Source: Bdellovibrionota bacterium (GTDB lineage: Bacteria; Bdellovibrionota_C; UBA2361; OMII01). From it: a DNA stretch of 28,684 nt. Shown here piece by piece: positions 26,601 to 28,684 of the stretch. The translations under genes were made by a program, and so were the position numbers. Below the pieces are notes generated by a model. It was not told the DNA's origin. It saw only the letters and a list, made by a program, of their open reading frames with translations, and did no database searches. Each line of letters opens with the position of its first letter. The first letter of the stretch is position 1. The stretch is taken from the NCBI GenBank assembly GCA_044356215.1, contig JBIKWQ010000044.1:1-28684 (forward strand), given 5' to 3'.

Positions 26601-28408
26601 ATATGCGAAACGCGGAGGCGATTGATTCAATGTTCAATCGAGCTCGTATATTCAATAATGGCGATATAACTGACGCTGCCACAAAGCCGTTATCTTGGGA
26701 TTTGCCGAAGGTCAAGACCGCCACCTATGTATTTTCTGAGCAAAATCCTTTTAATCAAGATATCGGTTCCTGGTTCTCCCCTCAGGGAAGCGATGTCATG
26801 CAGGTCCAAAATCTATACCAAGGCATTTGTACAAGGAGGCCGAGCAGTTTTAATAAAATTTATAATAACGGAGGGTCTCCCAATATTAATAATTGGAGGA
26901 TTCCGAATGCCACTAATCTGGCGTTACTGTTCAGTCGATGCGCATTCTTTAACCAGCCAGTTGGAGACTGGGTTGTTAGTGCCGCGACCTCAATGGATTC
27001 GATGTTTTATTATGCCACGGCATTTAACCGGGATGTATCATCTTGGGACACAAGCGATGTAACGAATATGGCGAGCATGTTCATGGGTGCTTCGAGCTTT
27101 AACAATGGTGATGCTGGTGATAACTCGGCCAATCCCCTAACGTGGAATGTTGGAAACGTCACCTCGTTTAGTGGTATGTTCTCTAGCGCCACCTCCTTCA
27201 ACCAAGACATCTCCACCTGGAACGTCTCCGCGGCTACGACCATGGCTAGCATGTTTAGCGGAGCTTCAAAGTTTAACTCATTCTTAGGCGCCTGGAACCC
27301 AGCATCTGTTACTACTTTCTCCGCGCTCTTTCAAAATGCCGCGGCGTTTAATAACGGTGACCCAGTTGGAGTATCTACTAAGTCACTAGCTTGGTCTAAC
27401 ACCGCCGCTGTAATCACTATGGCTTCTATGTTCTCGGGAGCAAGACGGTTCAATCAAAGCTTAAGCGCCTTTAACACCTCGAATGTAACTAGCCTCGCCA
27501 GTACCTTCGCGTCAGCTAACTCATTCAACCAGGACATCACCGGTTGGGATGTATCGAAAGTTACATCATTTAACGGAACATTTAATGGCGCCAGCTCCTT
27601 CAGGCGCGATCTTACAGCGTGGACTCCTACCGCTGGTACTGATTTCGCTAACATGTTCGCTAGCACAGATATAAATTCACCCGGCACGAGTGATAATTAT
27701 GACAACCTCCTGCTACGTTTAGCGACCGTTACAACGCAAAATAGTAGGTCGTTAAGTGGCGGCTCCGCGCGCTACAGCTATACCGGTCTTGGAGACGCCA
27801 CCGCTGGAACAGGCAGAGCGCATCTCACCGCGGCGACAAGCGCGTCTCCAACACCTGGACACGCATGGACGATAGCTGACGGTGGGACAGCAAATTGTAC
27901 CTTCTCAAGCTCAAGCGGGCTCCTGGTGACATACACAGGAGATAGGCCAACCTACAGTCAGATAGTCTTTAAAACTAGTGGAACCCTGCCGACAGGAATA
28001 TCGGCCGGAACAACTTATTGGACTGTGCGGGTATCAGCCACAACAGCAAGGCTAGCCACGTCTTTAGCCAGCGCGCAATCTAATACAGTTATCGCGTATA
28101 CCGATTCCGGAAGCGGCACTCATGCGCTGATGAATTTAGGTCACGTATTCACTGCGAGTAACTCAAGTGGTACCTTGCTTCTTACTTTAACAACGGGAGG
28201 AGAGTTGAATTTCTCCGGCAGAAAAGCGCGTTTTACATCAACCAGTACCTTACCAACAGGGATAACCGCTGGGGTCGATTACTGGCTTAATCGAGTGTCC
28301 GCTACAACGTATCGTGTGACGTCGAATGTGGTCGATGCGAACCTAGGGACGAATACTGTTGCTTTCACTGACTCCGGAAGCGGGACGCATGAGCTTATCT
28401 TGCAGTAG
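23618..28408 (+). CDS. Giant DUF285/BspA-like repeat surface protein: PT-rich linker, PKD-like domain, 7-blade beta-propeller, DUF285 repeats and three TxGxLPxG repeats
   Basis: PT linker 23930-24067; VSWGDG...THTYSSPGEY PKD-like domain; many W(D/N)(V/T)S.VT.M..MF..A..FNQ.I units; seven blades of the type xxDGxYIW...KLIKF(D/N)P. TTG start without RBS or signal peptide. Confidence 0.85.
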   Translation: MTDKGGFVNYAIPKQRCEGFQAVTNIDSQGRVSAIEVCSDGSYVLARRNDKQDDKDLDDVIESGALPEKLQNLRRGDMTTMRDQVGEAPVPIVAPGSDGSDVLAPLPSAPARQVTPTPTRPADQTPADSPTPEATPTETPTPTSTPIPTPFVCTIDTTKTSTGSTNSDQFKLPLIPGGSYNFRVSWGDGTESIVTSYDDVDITHTYSSPGEYAVSVYGQLHGFRFDNTGDRLKLLDISQWGNGFRFANTSAMATKYPLSASEEKIEVLLAHAGFIWAGTDTTPAKIIKFDPTNVSYSVTTLESDEGRVYAMVTDGAYIYATDWDASSRIIKIDPTTGARIGGYETGVGSLFAMTFDGEYIWAGSNSGSPKLVRFNPTDASIVVYDLNGTDGSWSVVSVGNFIFGVNGSKLYRFNKTSSAVDTVAIAGAASVEGLAYDGVSLWVSTEETPAKLLKFNTQTLSYEIFAMPTTANSSEGMIYDGEYLWATIKNAEVASLLKIPPNDPGSATIVPLSTDFAKVNALAVSGSTIWGGELGSPAALYKISKAAWPSDSFFYGCANMTVSAADTPDMTGVTSMRNSFRDCTSFNSDIGNWDVSASTDFSGAFQAAESFNNGGAPLITLYEPGPFGGVAAGSKLYVSSGIVDGVRYPALSQGAFNFVSFYHGQSTISGVRSQSGKILLGYNADFPNLTRVRLSTTGALPGGLVAGTDYWVIRQQYYSDSVRSPAGLLATSLANAENGIAISYSSVGSGTHTITSAEDVGWAQSSPHTQYWTKAYDDGTTMLRIPTGSWANVWFYRNRNPADRAIYYVAGNGSYANRQGALDEIERADLPEFLSSNCFLLGKVARKLSGFEDFKDYDDNIIIEPPVPQRSVALTGSYPGSDSIKNWVVGGGRSFRAIFAGAVAFNRALLWDVSNSRSFNSAFSSALSFNQNLRFWDVRNSSDFSLMFYNAISFNNGDDDNIATAPIVWNTTNGINFASMFNSAYAFNQNVASWDMRNAEAIDSMFNRARIFNNGDITDAATKPLSWDLPKVKTATYVFSEQNPFNQDIGSWFSPQGSDVMQVQNLYQGICTRRPSSFNKIYNNGGSPNINNWRIPNATNLALLFSRCAFFNQPVGDWVVSAATSMDSMFYYATAFNRDVSSWDTSDVTNMASMFMGASSFNNGDAGDNSANPLTWNVGNVTSFSGMFSSATSFNQDISTWNVSAATTMASMFSGASKFNSFLGAWNPASVTTFSALFQNAAAFNNGDPVGVSTKSLAWSNTAAVITMASMFSGARRFNQSLSAFNTSNVTSLASTFASANSFNQDITGWDVSKVTSFNGTFNGASSFRRDLTAWTPTAGTDFANMFASTDINSPGTSDNYDNLLLRLATVTTQNSRSLSGGSARYSYTGLGDATAGTGRAHLTAATSASPTPGHAWTIADGGTANCTFSSSSGLLVTYTGDRPTYSQIVFKTSGTLPTGISAGTTYWTVRVSATTARLATSLASAQSNTVIAYTDSGSGTHALMNLGHVFTASNSSGTLLLTLTTGGELNFSGRKARFTSTSTLPTGITAGVDYWLNRVSATTYRVTSNVVDANLGTNTVAFTDSGSGTHELILQ

Positions 28409-28684
28409 GAGTAACTAAAAGGACGCAACTTCCCACCGCCCCGGTCGAACATATCTCAAGCTTTAAAAAAAGCGGGGTTGAGGTAGCCTAAGAGGGCGCT
28501 CTAGCTAGCTTATCGGCTCCACCTCGCGAGAGCTAATAACCCGACTTAATCTAGGTCATACCTCAGGAAGGCCGGCAAAACCCCTCCCTACTGCGAAAGC
28601 GGATCTTGAGCTGCTCTTCGAGTTTTCGAGATGGGAAAAAATCCTCAATGTATCACAGTGGATACACTTCCGACCTTCGCTAAA

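Noticed and set aside
26258..27670. Diversity-generating retroelement or DNA-level repeat cassette in the DUF285 region
   Set aside because: Repeats are diverged at the DNA level, and no template/variable repeat pair or reverse transcriptase is visible.
238..27687. Numerous short antisense or alternative-frame ORFs in the track (e.g. 238-495, 1461-1772, 7558-7761, 10646-10948, 18117-18440, 19702-20094)
   Set aside because: They shadow well-supported genes or lack RBS and recognisable motifs.
28560..28684. GGCAAAAC...GAAA segment resembling a c-di-GMP riboswitch, and a TGTATC/GATACA hairpin
   Set aside because: The required pairing and second stem are not found; more likely another palindromic repeat cut by the window edge.

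Overview
Bacterial chromosomal window, apparently from a diderm (outer-membrane beta-barrels, lipoproteins); no rRNA, tRNA, CRISPR array or transposase was recognised. Left part (1-12.2 kb, accessory-like): truncated amidase, DUF3597 protein, an arginase-family enzyme fused to a membrane anchor and an unknown C-terminal domain, a MazE/MazF(PemK)-type toxin-antitoxin pair with a clear operator, an envelope cluster (DUF2950 lipoprotein, DUF3300 protein, two beta-barrels, a secreted protein) and a TetA-like MFS transporter. Middle (12.3-20.5 kb): pheS-pheT, aat, clpS-clpA and pepT, i.e. aminoacyl-tRNA supply, N-degron tagging, recognition, unfolding and tripeptide recycling in one block. Both PheS and Aat carry substitutions at normally near-invariant active-site positions. 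Right part: an orphan ligase-associated MBL/beta-CASP exonuclease with a palindrome over its promoter, and a giant DUF285/BspA-like surface protein that is frameshifted at a G6 run and carries two modules inserted inside conserved repeat motifs. Three copies of a 160-163 bp MITE-like element (terminal inverted repeats, internal 25-bp hairpin, 9-bp flanking duplications at two copies) and other palindromic elements occupy the intergenic gaps. All family calls come from motifs recognised by eye, not from database searches.
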